Virus record (IMG/VR): IMGVR_UViG_3300015607_004593
Span: 1-64,000 of that record
Origin: a virus
Taxonomy: Duplodnaviria; Caudoviricetes
DNA: 64,000 nucleotides
Direction: 5' to 3' (one strand)
In this document: positions 19,474 through 29,900 of the stretch, piece after piece
How positions within the stretch are numbered: position 1 is the stretch's first letter
How the letters are laid out: each line of letters opens with the position of its first letter
Program-made: the position numbers and the translations under genes
The notes under the pieces: generated by a model
Seen by the model: the letters and a program-made list of their open reading frames with translations, nothing else
What the model was told of the DNA's origin: nothing
Databases searched by the model: none

Positions 19474-19716
19474 TTATCTATTTTTATTTTGTATATGATT
19501 TTGTTTTGCATATTCATATAGTTCTCCAAGAGACACAGTGAAAAGTTCTAATGTATTTTTATTTCTTATAGTTACTAACGTATTTTTATCTAAGCATTTT
19601 CCAAATCCATTTGTTCCAAAGATTGCTGTTTTTGAAACCTTATCTAATTCTATTACTGATGGAATGTTCCCAAAAGAAAGAAAATTTTTAATGCTTAATT
19701 TTTTAAAGTGTATCAT
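19474..19716 (-). CDS. gp46: gp46 N-terminal piece (40 aa) plus 40-aa IntN
   Basis: FKKLSIKNFLSFGN...GTNGFGK (Walker A) | CLDKNTLVTIRNK...VSLGELY. Confidence 0.93.
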   Translation of the reverse strand: MIHFKKLSIKNFLSFGNIPSVIELDKVSKTAIFGTNGFGKCLDKNTLVTIRNKNTLELFTVSLGELYEYAKQNHIQNKNR

Positions 19717-19720
19717 TTTT

Positions 19721-20803
19721 TTAAATTTCTAAGGTTTGAGATTCTTGATAGATAGAATGAATTATTGAGATAAGTTTATCCTTATCTAATTTTAATTTTT
19801 GATTATCAAATAAAGTATGAATATATTTTTCTATATAATAAAATGTATCTTTTGATTCTATTTCTTTAAAGGAAATAGAATCAATTAAAAGTTGTTCCTG
19901 ATTAAGATTTTGTTCTTGGATAATTAATGAATAAGGATTTACTTTTTCTATTAAAGAAACAAAGGAATTTAATTTTGACTTATCAGAAGATTCAGTAATA
20001 TATATCTTTATATGTTTTGATTTTAAACTTTCTAAATCAAATTCTTTTTCGGATGTTTTGATTTCATCAAATTTAATTTTTTCAAAGATAGTAATAGGAT
20101 TGTTGATATATTCTATCCTTAATGTTTCAGTATCTAAAATAGCAAATCCTTTCTTATAACCACAGTCAGACCAAATAATTTCATAAGGATTTCCTATATA
20201 ACAAACATTTTTAACTTGCGACCTTAGATGAAAATGACCTGAAAAGATAGAATGATATTTTTCAAGAAATGAAATATCTAATTGTGATTCTTGACAATAC
20301 AATCCGGGTGTCATCAAAGCCCCTGATATTTCAAGATGACTAAAAAGAATAGAAGAAAATGAAGAAGAAAGAAATCTTTGAATTTCATTTTCATTAGATG
20401 AAGTAATCCAAGGAATTAAATCTAACTTTTTTGAATCTATTTCTATGGTTTCAGGAAAAGAATTAATAAGATGAAAACCAAATTTCTTATCGAGAAGTAA
20501 TGATTTTTGAATTGAAACAGTATTTTCATTTCTAAAGAAAATATCATGATTTCCTGAAATAAAAAAACAAGTATACTTCTTCAGCCGGTCGAAAACATTT
20601 TCATTCCATGAATTTAAAATATTTAAATTTACTTGTTTTCTGTATTCCCCTAAATCACCAAGATGAATAATTGTTTCAATGTTATTATTTTCAAGATAAG
20701 GAAAGAATATTTCATCAAAAAATCTTAAGAAGAATTTATTGAAGATAGAGCAATTATTTCTTGCTCCCATGTGAGTGTCTGTGATTAAAGCTATCTTTGC
20801 CAT
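19721..20803 (-). CDS. gp47: gp47 (Mre11/SbcD-like nuclease)
   Basis: DTHMG, HLGD, GNHD, SHLE, SGHFH, YIGNPYE. Confidence 0.96.
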   Translation of the reverse strand: MAKIALITDTHMGARNNCSIFNKFFLRFFDEIFFPYLENNNIETIIHLGDLGEYRKQVNLNILNSWNENVFDRLKKYTCFFISGNHDIFFRNENTVSIQKSLLLDKKFGFHLINSFPETIEIDSKKLDLIPWITSSNENEIQRFLSSSFSSILFSHLEISGALMTPGLYCQESQLDISFLEKYHSIFSGHFHLRSQVKNVCYIGNPYEIIWSDCGYKKGFAILDTETLRIEYINNPITIFEKIKFDEIKTSEKEFDLESLKSKHIKIYITESSDKSKLNSFVSLIEKVNPYSLIIQEQNLNQEQLLIDSISFKEIESKDTFYYIEKYIHTLFDNQKLKLDKDKLISIIHSIYQESQTLEI

Positions 20804-20899
20804 TTGATATTATTTTTTCTTTTGATAAAGATAAAAAAGAAACCGATAGAAGATAAAATGATTCTATCGGTTTTTTAAGAAGAATTAAAAATATTTTTA

Positions 20900-21742
20900 T
20901 TATATGCCTAAAGTCACTTGATGCCTTGGAGAATACATAAAACCATACTTACAACAAATTTCAACAGCAAGTTGAGAATTTAAAAGGAAATTTTCATTGT
21001 TAATTCCTCCTTCACCCATTAGAAAAATATTTTCAATATCTATTCCTTCATTCATATAACCTTTGATGTAAGAAAATAATTCATCTTCATTATAATAATG
21101 CCTTGAGATAACAAAATTTAAAATTACTTTTGATTTCTTTACACGATTCATTGTTCTGACTGCATCTGATCTAAATGTTTCAAAAAACGGATGTCCTGAG
21201 TGTCTTAGTTTTGGAGAAACAGAAAAAGTAAAATCTATTGATGATTCATTTAAACCATCAATGAACTCGTCATGTAATAAAAGAGTTCCGTTCGTTTCAA
21301 ATGTAATTCTATTCAGTTTATTTTCATCTAAACGTGCAATAACTAAACCTAAAGGCATTTGTTGAAGTAAAGGTTCTCCACCTGTAAAAACAACATCAAA
21401 TTGACAAAATGCTTTTTTAGAATGTCTTTTTTGTATCTCAGATATTAATTCATCAGGTTTATAATCCTTTGAAAAAGATTTAAATTCTGGATAGACAGAA
21501 AAATAAGAATCACACCCGGTTCCAAGAGCAGGAAGATCATCAAGTGTTTTAAAATGAATTATATTTTGACTAATTATCTTTATCTCTTTGTTCCTATATC
21601 TAACAGTTTCTTTGAGTCCCTCAACCCCTAAAGATGGGCATCTAAGATTACAACCAAACAAACGAACAAAGATTGAAGGTTTTCCGGCATGAATTCCCTC
21701 ACCTTGGATTCCAGAAGTAATTTCAGAAACTTTAATTTTCAT
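20900..21742 (-). CDS. queE: 7-carboxy-7-deazaguanine synthase-like radical SAM protein
   Basis: SEI..GIQGEG...GKPSIFVRLFGCNLRC...GCDS, TGGEPLLQ, FETNGT, SVSPKL, SPRHQV. Confidence 0.85.
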   Translation of the reverse strand: MKIKVSEITSGIQGEGIHAGKPSIFVRLFGCNLRCPSLGVEGLKETVRYRNKEIKIISQNIIHFKTLDDLPALGTGCDSYFSVYPEFKSFSKDYKPDELISEIQKRHSKKAFCQFDVVFTGGEPLLQQMPLGLVIARLDENKLNRITFETNGTLLLHDEFIDGLNESSIDFTFSVSPKLRHSGHPFFETFRSDAVRTMNRVKKSKVILNFVISRHYYNEDELFSYIKGYMNEGIDIENIFLMGEGGINNENFLLNSQLAVEICCKYGFMYSPRHQVTLGI

Positions 21743-21781
21743 TTGAACTCTTTATCTCTTTTTGATAAGAAGATTGAAAAA

Positions 21782-22402
21782 TTAAAACCAACAGGACATT
21801 TCTTCTATAAGCAATTCAACCTTAGTCTTTTTTACAACGATTGCTACATTTACTTTTTCATGTTTAAAGGGTATATACTTTTTATTTTCTTTCTCGTTCT
21901 TTGATTGAGAAGAAGAAGAAATAAAAGATTCTTCATTAACCATAAGAGGGTATTGCGTATCTTCATTACCTAATAGATTTGATGAATTATCTAATGAATT
22001 TTCTATGATATTCATAAAAGGATAACCATTTTCATCAAATTGCATAGCTTTCAATTTTATATTTTGATTATGTTTTTCAGCTTTTATTCTTGTGATAAAC
22101 GCAAATTTCATAATTTCTGTAAAATAACCAAAAGGATTTGAACCTTTATTTGGGTCATAATTATGAGCATACTTTAAACAACATTCCACTCCATCTTGAA
22201 TGCAGTCATCAATAAATGTATAACCCCTAAAATTTGCTGAAGTAGCTAACTTATTAGCTAATAGTAAAAAACATGAACCTAATTCATCAGACATTTTCCC
22301 CGTTTCTTTAAATTTAGCAAGTAAAGGAATTAATGTTTTATTTGAAAGGTAATTAAATTTCTTTGGAGGTTTAACAAATCTTGTTTTTTTATTGACTATC
22401 AT
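21782..22402 (-). CDS. gp55: Late-transcription sigma factor (gp55-like)
   Basis: NFRGYTFIDDCIQDG, NYDPNKGSNPFGYFT...AFITRIKAEK. Confidence 0.93.
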   Translation of the reverse strand: MIVNKKTRFVKPPKKFNYLSNKTLIPLLAKFKETGKMSDELGSCFLLLANKLATSANFRGYTFIDDCIQDGVECCLKYAHNYDPNKGSNPFGYFTEIMKFAFITRIKAEKHNQNIKLKAMQFDENGYPFMNIIENSLDNSSNLLGNEDTQYPLMVNEESFISSSSQSKNEKENKKYIPFKHEKVNVAIVVKKTKVELLIEEMSCWF

Positions 22403-22411
22403 TTTATTTTT

Positions 22412-22900
22412 TTAAAAATTTCCTAAAAACATTGTTTTTATTCTATTCAAAATAGATAATACCATTTGATATTCCAAGAAATAAATCTTATCTGATGTAA
22501 TGACAACTGTTGCATCTTTATCCATTGCTTCTTTTAAATTCTCAAATGTCCATTGTTCTAAAATAGTTTGAAAGTCTGAAGGTTCAAAATTTGGAGATTT
22601 TTCATTCCATGCAATATTATAATTTCCTTTTGGAAATATAACATATCTTCCATTATTATTCAATGTTATTAATTCATGATAATCAGAAATGAATGAAGGG
22701 TGTGATTCTTTTTTTTCAACAAGCAACTGAAAATTCTTTCTTTCATTTGTTCTTAGTAAAGGAACTTTACTTTGTTGAAAATCAGATAAGTAATGTTTAC
22801 ATTCTCTTTGAATATAAGCTATTTGAGTAAAAGCAGAATTAATGATTTGCCTTGATTGTCTTTTTAATCGTTCTTTGTTTAGTTGCATAACTGAACTCAT
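22412..22900 (-). CDS. Hypothetical protein
   Basis: 162-aa ORF with GAGGAG SD. Confidence 0.7.
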   Translation of the reverse strand: MSSVMQLNKERLKRQSRQIINSAFTQIAYIQRECKHYLSDFQQSKVPLLRTNERKNFQLLVEKKESHPSFISDYHELITLNNNGRYVIFPKGNYNIAWNEKSPNFEPSDFQTILEQWTFENLKEAMDKDATVVITSDKIYFLEYQMVLSILNRIKTMFLGNF

Positions 22901-22951
22901 TATAATAATAAACTCCTCATAATAATAAACTCCTCAGAAAAAAAATAATTT

Positions 22952-24922
22952 TTAATCAATTAAATTAAACATATTAGTCCAAAAATTATTAGTTCTATCT
23001 TGAATAGATTCTAAAGAATCTTTAGGTTCTAATTTATATTCTAATTCAAAGATTAGAGAATCAGGAAATGATGAAGTTCCTCTATCATCAATAATATATT
23101 TTATCTTATTATAATTATCTCTTCTTGAAACAGAAAGAAGAGTAAATGAAGAAGAAGGTTTTAAAATTATTTCTTCTTCATCATCATAATCTGAAACACC
23201 ACCCACATACAAAATAGATGAATCTTTGGGTAATTTAATTACAAATAGATAACCAGGATAGTCTTTTTCATTTAAAGAAAATAAATTGGCAACATCTATA
23301 GATATAGATGTTGAAAGGAAAGAAGGACAAGAAACTTCTTTTCCTATATAATAAAATTTCTTGAAAACTGATTCATCAGAAGATGAGTGTTTTAAAGCAA
23401 ATCTTAATTGTTCTTGAAATTTTCCGTTTGTATCACTTGAAATAGGTAATTCTGGATTTCTGCACCAAACATCAGAAATATATTTTGAATTGTTTTCTAT
23501 GCGAGTCCCTCGATAAAGGATGATAGGTTTATCAAATTTAATTTCATCGGATTTATAGGCATTAAACAATGAAGAAATAATTTCTTTTGTTTTATTAATA
23601 ACTAAAGTGTTTGTTTTTGGTGGAGAAGCTTTGACATTTATTAGATTACAACGTAAAGAAATAAAAGATATTAGATTTTTAACTTTTTCTTCAGGAATTT
23701 TTTGTTTTAATTCATCTTTAGGTATCAAAGAATAAAGATTAAGATGTCCTGTTGGAATACTTAAAACTGAAGAAATAATAAAGTCTGTTGAGAGCATTAA
23801 ATTCACAGATTTATAAAAATTATCTGAAGTATATAAATTTACAAGACTACGATGATATTCATTAGGAATAGCTTTTTCAAATTTTTTACTTTGTTGTTGT
23901 GTAAAAGAATAAAAGATATTATTTCCATATTCACTTGGTATAGAATAATCTATTATTTCTTTTTCTGTTAAAACAGAAATAGATTCTTGTTGTTGTTCTT
24001 CTTTCTCTTTAGGTTTTTCTTCAGAAGAAGAGGTTGTTTCTTTAGTTGAAGAAATTTCTTTATTTTGAATTTGATTACTATTTTCTTGAGGAAATTCCTT
24101 AACATTCTCTTCAGTAGATTTTGAAGAAGAATTATTTTCATTTTCATCATTTTCATTTGAAGAAGGTTGTTCATCTACATCATGAAATTTTAAATTGGAA
24201 ATATTTTCTCCTTCTTTACTAGGTGAATCTGGTTTAACTTTTGAAAATGGTAAATGATTTTGAAACAAGTTCAGAACAATGTCTTCTTTATCAGCAGAAA
24301 AGAATTCTGCAAGTCCATCTAATATTTCCTTGTCTGAATTTTGTTCTAACTCAGTTTGTAATGCTTGTTTTATATCACCTTCAAAATTTTTTTTCTTAGT
24401 GTGTAAATAAAACTTTTGAAGAGATTGTTCTCCTATCGTATCAAGAATCTTTGATATTGGAAAATTCTTTCTGATATAGATAGCATAATTAATCTTTCCC
24501 AAAAAAGGGTCTTTATCTGTTACATGGGATGAATAAACGGCTCTTAATTTTAAAGAAAGTTTTTTGAAGAAAAGATTTAATTGAGAATAATCAACATGAG
24601 GAATAATCCATATCGCTTCTTTATTTTTTAAATTTAAAAGACTATTTGAAAAATAAAACAGTAATAAATCCTCTTTATTTTCCTTTTGTACTGTATCAAA
24701 AAGTTGTTTCCATGCTTTTGCCCACCAAATAATATTGCTTTTACTAATCTTTAAAGTTTTTGAAGATGAAACATTAGAATTGGTAGCATAGGGTAAGATA
24801 CAACCGGATTGACCAGTTTCCGATTGAAATGAAAAGGTAATAAATCCTATTCCTGGGAAAAAGTTTTTCCCTGAGAAAATAGATTTTGAAATAGATTCTA
24901 AGTAAAGGTCAAGATATTTCAT
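22952..24922 (-). CDS. Alt/VIP2-like mono-ADP-ribosyltransferase
   Basis: R-S-E triad in the C-terminal domain: LYRG, FLSTS, DEEEIIL; low-complexity acidic linker. Confidence 0.8.
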   Translation of the reverse strand: MKYLDLYLESISKSIFSGKNFFPGIGFITFSFQSETGQSGCILPYATNSNVSSSKTLKISKSNIIWWAKAWKQLFDTVQKENKEDLLLFYFSNSLLNLKNKEAIWIIPHVDYSQLNLFFKKLSLKLRAVYSSHVTDKDPFLGKINYAIYIRKNFPISKILDTIGEQSLQKFYLHTKKKNFEGDIKQALQTELEQNSDKEILDGLAEFFSADKEDIVLNLFQNHLPFSKVKPDSPSKEGENISNLKFHDVDEQPSSNENDENENNSSSKSTEENVKEFPQENSNQIQNKEISSTKETTSSSEEKPKEKEEQQQESISVLTEKEIIDYSIPSEYGNNIFYSFTQQQSKKFEKAIPNEYHRSLVNLYTSDNFYKSVNLMLSTDFIISSVLSIPTGHLNLYSLIPKDELKQKIPEEKVKNLISFISLRCNLINVKASPPKTNTLVINKTKEIISSLFNAYKSDEIKFDKPIILYRGTRIENNSKYISDVWCRNPELPISSDTNGKFQEQLRFALKHSSSDESVFKKFYYIGKEVSCPSFLSTSISIDVANLFSLNEKDYPGYLFVIKLPKDSSILYVGGVSDYDDEEEIILKPSSSFTLLSVSRRDNYNKIKYIIDDRGTSSFPDSLIFELEYKLEPKDSLESIQDRTNNFWTNMFNLID

Positions 24923-24971
24923 AGTTTTAAACCATCCTTGTTTTTTATAGTAAATTTAAAGTATATCTTTT

Positions 24972-25226
24972 CTACTTTTGAATCTTTGGTAAAGTTCCAA
25001 AACAAACATCTGACATATCATTTGATGAATTAATTTTTGATTTCAATTTATTTTTCTTTTCATCATTAGATGATTTTTCAACTTTACTTTCTTTTTCATT
25101 ATCAGGATTATTGTTTTCTAAAGAAGAATCTTCTTTCTCCTGTTCTGTTGTTTCTTTATCATTTTCTTTTTCTTCTTCATTTTTATCTTCTTCGGAAAGA
25201 AGAATAAATTCTTTAAACGTTTTCAT
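24972..25226 (-). CDS. Small charged protein with capsid-targeting-like N-terminus (candidate internal head protein)
   Basis: MKTFKEFILLSEE resembles the T4 internal-protein leader MKTYQEFIAE; late promoter upstream. Confidence 0.65.
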   Translation of the reverse strand: MKTFKEFILLSEEDKNEEEKENDKETTEQEKEDSSLENNNPDNEKESKVEKSSNDEKKNKLKSKINSSNDMSDVCFGTLPKIQK

Positions 25227-25277
25227 ATTGTTTATTATCTCTTGTAATAGAATAGATTAATTTTTAATGTTAAATTT

Positions 25278-25285
25278 TATTTATA
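25278..25285 (-). promoter_or_regulatory. T4-type late promoter TATAAATA
   Basis: Exact consensus upstream of 24972..25226 and the Alt-like gene. Confidence 0.75.
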
Positions 25286-25369
25286 AAATTTTAAGACTTT
25301 AGGAATTTTAAAAACAAAAGAAAACTACAAGAAATGATTGTAGTTTTCTTTTTTCTTATAAGGGAATGT

Positions 25370-25540
25370 TCATTCAGAGAGACATATAAAATCCTCATCT
25401 TTCTGAAGTTCATCCCTAAAAAATTCAGCCTCTTCCTTTGTTTCAAATGGGTCTAAACATGAATCCCACCATTCCCCGTTTTCATCCCTAAATCCTACAT
25501 AAAACCCTTCTTTGAATTCAACGATTTCATAGGTTCTCAT
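25370..25540 (-). CDS. 56-aa acidic early protein (not in ORF track)
   Basis: MRTYEIVEFKEGFYVGFRDENGEWWDSCLDPFETKEEAEFFRDELQKDEDFICLSE; own GGAG SD, promoter and terminator. Confidence 0.8.
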   Translation of the reverse strand: MRTYEIVEFKEGFYVGFRDENGEWWDSCLDPFETKEEAEFFRDELQKDEDFICLSE

Positions 25541-25574
25541 AGTACATCACTCCAATTGAATTTACAGGAAAATC

Positions 25575-25603
25575 ATTATAGCAATTTTTAAATGGCGGCA
25601 CAA
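25575..25603 (-). promoter_or_regulatory. Sigma70-type early promoter
   Basis: TTGTGC-N17-TATAAT. Confidence 0.7.
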
Positions 25604-25619
25604 GTCTAAAATTTTAAAT

Positions 25620-25675
25620 CAAAAAAACCCTCACAAATCTATGTGAGGGTTTAAGAACAAAATTTTATTTTTTTC
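25620..25675 (-). terminator. Terminator/repeat copy 1 (paired with 26253..26310)
   Basis: AAACCCTCACA...TGTGAGGGTTTAAGAACAA hairpin duplicated on both sides of the 25677..26156 cassette. Confidence 0.8.
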
Positions 25676-25676
25676 T

Positions 25677-26156
25677 TTACCTGAATATTTCAAATTGTGG
25701 TTGTTTAGAAAGAAGGTATGTCCAATCTAAAACAATCAATTTTTTCCAATCACAATATTCTGAAAATTGGGGCTGATAATAAAGAAGATTTGACCAATCC
25801 CATCCATCTAAGTTTTCCCAGTAAGAACAAAACTTTGATAATTGAGGTTGTTCAGAAAGAAGAATTGACCAATTAAATCCACTCAATTTACCCCAAATAC
25901 AAAACTCTGAAAACTGGGGTTGAGATGAAAGAAGATTTGACCAATACCATCCATCTAATTCTTCCCACACACAATCATCTAGGAATTGATAATAACCTTG
26001 TTTTAAACACCATATCCTATATTTTATAGGAATTTCTTTTAGAATAGATTCTAAAGAATCTTTATCATTAGCCCAAAGTAAACCTTCTTCACAAGCTCTA
26101 TCTTTTTCGGCTTGTTCTAAGAGTTCTTCTTTTGAAGAAAAGACGAAGGTAGACAT
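25677..26156 (-). CDS. Trp-rich 24-aa repeat protein, dispersed paralog (4 repeats)
   Basis: Family N-terminal domain and repeats; 63 bp identical to 2320..2382. Confidence 0.9.
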   Translation of the reverse strand: MSTFVFSSKEELLEQAEKDRACEEGLLWANDKDSLESILKEIPIKYRIWCLKQGYYQFLDDCVWEELDGWYWSNLLSSQPQFSEFCIWGKLSGFNWSILLSEQPQLSKFCSYWENLDGWDWSNLLYYQPQFSEYCDWKKLIVLDWTYLLSKQPQFEIFR

Positions 26157-26187
26157 TTCAATTTTCTCCTCACTTTAAGTTAAAATA

Positions 26188-26216
26188 ATTATACGAAAAT
26201 TCCTAAAACGACTCAA
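26188..26216 (-). promoter_or_regulatory. Sigma70-type early promoter
   Basis: TTGAGT-N17-TATAAT. Confidence 0.7.
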
Positions 26217-26252
26217 GACGTTGTGAGGAATTTAAAAAAAATATTTTTAAAC

Positions 26253-26310
26253 CAAAAAAAAAACCCTCACAGAAATTTGTGAGGGTTTAAGAACAATGAA
26301 ATTTTATTTT
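26253..26310 (-). terminator. Terminator/repeat copy 2
   Basis: AAACCCTCACA...TGTGAGGGTTTAAGAACAA. Confidence 0.8.
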
Positions 26311-26703
26311 TTAAAAACAATCTTGAAACTCTTCTTTATCCTCATATTCAAACAAAGAAACTTTCTCTGAATAGTATCCGTTTGATACTCCGCACCATCT
26401 AACATCAACCCATCCCTTGATGGTTGCAAATTTGTAAAAAGTCCACGTTTGATGTTCGTTATCATCACATCCACCCTTTTCTTGAGTAGATTCTTCAGCA
26501 ACTAAAATCGGATTTCCCTCTAATGATGATAACTCTCCAGCAATTTCTTCTATGGTCACTTCTTCACAGCATTCTTGCTCGTGAAAAAATGCAAACACTT
26601 TCCCACCCTTTTCAAAAAAGGCTAAACATTTTCCCTCTCCATAAGAGGATACTTTAACAAAGGTTTTTCCTAAGAGAGTTTGGATATAAATTTGCTTTGA
26701 CAT
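26311..26703 (-). CDS. Conserved phage hypothetical protein
   Basis: HEQECCEEV...WTFYKFATIKG.V.VRW.G.SNGYYSE motif set common in phages. Confidence 0.8.
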   Translation of the reverse strand: MSKQIYIQTLLGKTFVKVSSYGEGKCLAFFEKGGKVFAFFHEQECCEEVTIEEIAGELSSLEGNPILVAEESTQEKGGCDDNEHQTWTFYKFATIKGWVDVRWCGVSNGYYSEKVSLFEYEDKEEFQDCF

Positions 26704-26744
26704 TTAACTTTCCTCTTGATTGACTGTTTGTTTACCGTGAAAAC

Positions 26745-26773
26745 ATTATACAAAAATTTAAGGTTGAACACAA
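26745..26773 (-). promoter_or_regulatory. Sigma70-type early promoter
   Basis: TTGTGT-N17-TATAATGTTTTCAC. Confidence 0.7.
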
Positions 26774-26779
26774 GTATTT

Positions 26780-26989
26780 TTAAAAATATTTTAAAAAAAT
26801 CCTTATCATGGAAACGATGATAGCTAAAGGTAATCCTATGAATAATATAAGTAAAAATAATGAGTTACAAAATACCTTACAAAAAGGTGAGATAAAATAA
26901 TCTCCTTTAAAATAATAATAACACTTTTTATTTTCCTTTTTGCTTTCATCATTTGTATCTTTTATACAATCATTCTCATTCTTAACCAC
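26780..26989 (-). CDS. Possible small membrane protein (start uncertain)
   Basis: Hydrophobic C-terminal helix; the track ORF to 27073 overlaps nrdJ. Confidence 0.4.
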   Translation of the reverse strand: MVKNENDCIKDTNDESKKENKKCYYYFKGDYFISPFCKVFCNSLFLLILFIGLPLAIIVSMIRIFLKYF

Positions 26990-29900
26990 ATTTACTCCAT
27001 CCACAATCTTGACAAGATAAACATCCTTCCTTGTAAATGAATTGATGCGAACCACACTCAGGACAAACTTCACCCTTTACCTTTGTTCCTTCTGAAATAT
27101 ATTTTTTCAACATTCTTTTGACTCCATTCTTCCAATTGGTAATAGATTCTGAATTATCAATCTCAAGAGAATCAATCAAAGAAATAACATTAGGTAAAGG
27201 CATACCATGTCTTAAGATACCAGAAACTAATCTTCCTATGTTCCAATATTCTCGGTTAAATGCCCTTGAAAGACCTTTGAATTCTTGGACAAAACCATCT
27301 TTATCTACCCAAACTAGATTATAAATGTTTTTAGATAAAGTTTCTGATTTCTCTTTAACAATTTTACCTTCTGTGACATAAGAAGGAATGTAAACAAATT
27401 CCTGTGGCCCTGTAAAAACTTCATAGGGTTTATTATCCAATAAACCTAAGAATCCAATCCATTTATCTCCTTTATTTGAAAATCTAATAATATCACAAGG
27501 AAGTGATTTTCCTCTCTTTGGTGCATGATTTTCTTTGAAGATATTAATTTTATTTTCTTCATTTGAAGAAGAATGAAGCAATACTCCTGAACGACATTTA
27601 TCTCTATAGACAGTTATTCCCTTACAACCCGATTTCCATGCTTCAAAGAAATAAGATTCTACAACATCTTCAGAAGCAGTCTCAGGCAAATTTCCTGTTG
27701 AAGAAATTGAATGATCAACGAATTGTTGTATTGCTCCTATCATTCTTACTTTTTCAAGAGGGTCAATTTCATTGGCCGTTGAATTATAATAAGGAGAAAG
27801 TTTAATAAGTTCAATCATTTCTTCTTTATTAAGGTGGTCAAGATAAGAACAATGATGATTAATTGTTGCCCAATCTTGAAACTTAGGATGAACTACATTA
27901 TATTCTTCCCAATGATCACCAAGTTCATCAATAAAATGTGTTGTAGACGTTTTATCATTAGGATTAATCTTTCTTCGTCTCACATAATAAAGTGAGATAA
28001 CGGGTTCAACTCCTGATGATGTTTGAGTCAACAAAGAAACACTTCCAGCGGGAGCAATAGTTAAAGATGAAATATTTCTCCTACCAAATGTTTTATATCT
28101 TTCTCTCAATTCAGGCATTTCTTCTAAGTCTAAAACACGATTAAGAAAAGGATTATCTTTTTCTTTCTCATAATTCCATATTGGAAAAGAACCACGTTCT
28201 TCGGCCATCTTTACAGAAGAAACTAAAGAATAATAAGCTAACTTAGAATGAACTAATGTTGAAAACTCTGTAGCCTCTTGAGTAGCATAACGAAGTCCAA
28301 GAGCGGCTAACATATCAGCTTCAGCAGTAATACCTAAACCAGTTCTTCTACCTGATTTCAATTTATGATGAATTTCATTCCAAAGAGACAATTCAATAAG
28401 TTTTATTTTCAATTCTTCAGGGTCATGATTTTTTATCTTTTCAATAATCTTTAAAATCTTTTCTTCTTCAAGGTCAACAATATCATCCATGAGCCTTTGG
28501 GCAATTTCTACATGTTTCTCAAACAAAGAGAAATTAAAGGTTGCCCTTTTTGTAAAGGGTTCCTCAACAAAAGAATAAAGATTAAGTAAAAGTAAACGAC
28601 AAGCATCTCCAACAGCTAAAGGAATTTCACCACATGGATTAGTTGTTACTGTTTTGAAACCTTCATCAGAATAACAGTCAGCGGGAGATTCAGAAATTAC
28701 TTTTGACCAAAGAAAAATTCCTGGTTCACCTGATTTCCAAGCATTGTGTACAAGCTTTTTCCAAATAGGAAGTGGGTCAATCTCCCGCGAAATAATAGGA
28801 TTATCGGAATCAATTGGAAACTTTTGAATAAAGGGTTTCTTGTTCACAATAGCATCTAAAAATTCATCCGAAAGTTTTACAGAAATATTTGCTCCCGTTA
28901 CTTTCTTTAATTCTAATTTGGCATCAATAAAATCTTCAGCATCTGGATGTTTAACGTCAATAGATAAGAGTAATGCACCCCTTCTTCCAGAGTTATGAAC
29001 ATAGAAACAATTTCCAAAGAAAAGATGTTCTTTTTCTAATACTAAATCATAAACTTCAACCAATTCATCATCAAACATTCCTTCGATTGTTTCAACATAA
29101 TCTTTAAATAAAGTAATTTTATTATCTAATCCTAATTCCTCTTTTAATTTAACACATACTGAATAAGAAAGATGTTGTTTACTTGAAGAAATATAATCAT
29201 GTTTTCCTGCATTTGTATTAAAATCCTTTGTTGTATAAATTGATGATGTCCAATCATTCCTCTTTTCTTGTAAAGGAAAAGAATTTACTTTAATAGATTC
29301 TACCATCAAAGAATAAAACAATTTTTGATTTTGTGACCCGTCAATTGAAAGTAAATAGAGAGTTTTCCAATTTTCATTTTTACGAACTTTGGTATGAATC
29401 TTACTTCTAATTCCCCATGAGTAAAAAATTTGTTGAATTAAAAGTAAAAAGTTTTTAGATGTAGAAGTCATTGAAAAGGATTTCTTTCCTTTCTCGAAAC
29501 ATCCATCAGCATCAAAAAAACCAGAAATAAAGGAGAAAACGATTTCTTTCTTTGCCGTTAATAAAAATTCAGGAAACTTTATTGAATGACTCTTTTCCTT
29601 TAGACAAAAATCATCTTGCAAAAACTTAACAATTAATTTTGAATGAATTTTCAATTTTTTATAAGTTTTTTTGTCTTGTATCTTTGCATCATAATTGAAT
29701 AATTTTTTAACAATAATTTTATTCTTTTCTATAACTTCATCCCATGATGAAGTTATTTCAATTTCACAAGCATTGTCTGTATATCCATTCCCATAACAAT
29801 TGCCAAGAAAATAAGCAAATTCTTCATCTAGTATATTAGGGAAAGTTATATCAGTATTAAGTCTATTACTATGATTAGTGAATGAAGAAACATAATCATT

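Noticed and set aside
25441-25460. CLDPFE in the small acidic ORF matches the start of the gp44 intein (about 18 of 19 nt)
   Set aside because: Too short, no further intein motifs; likely chance in AT-rich DNA
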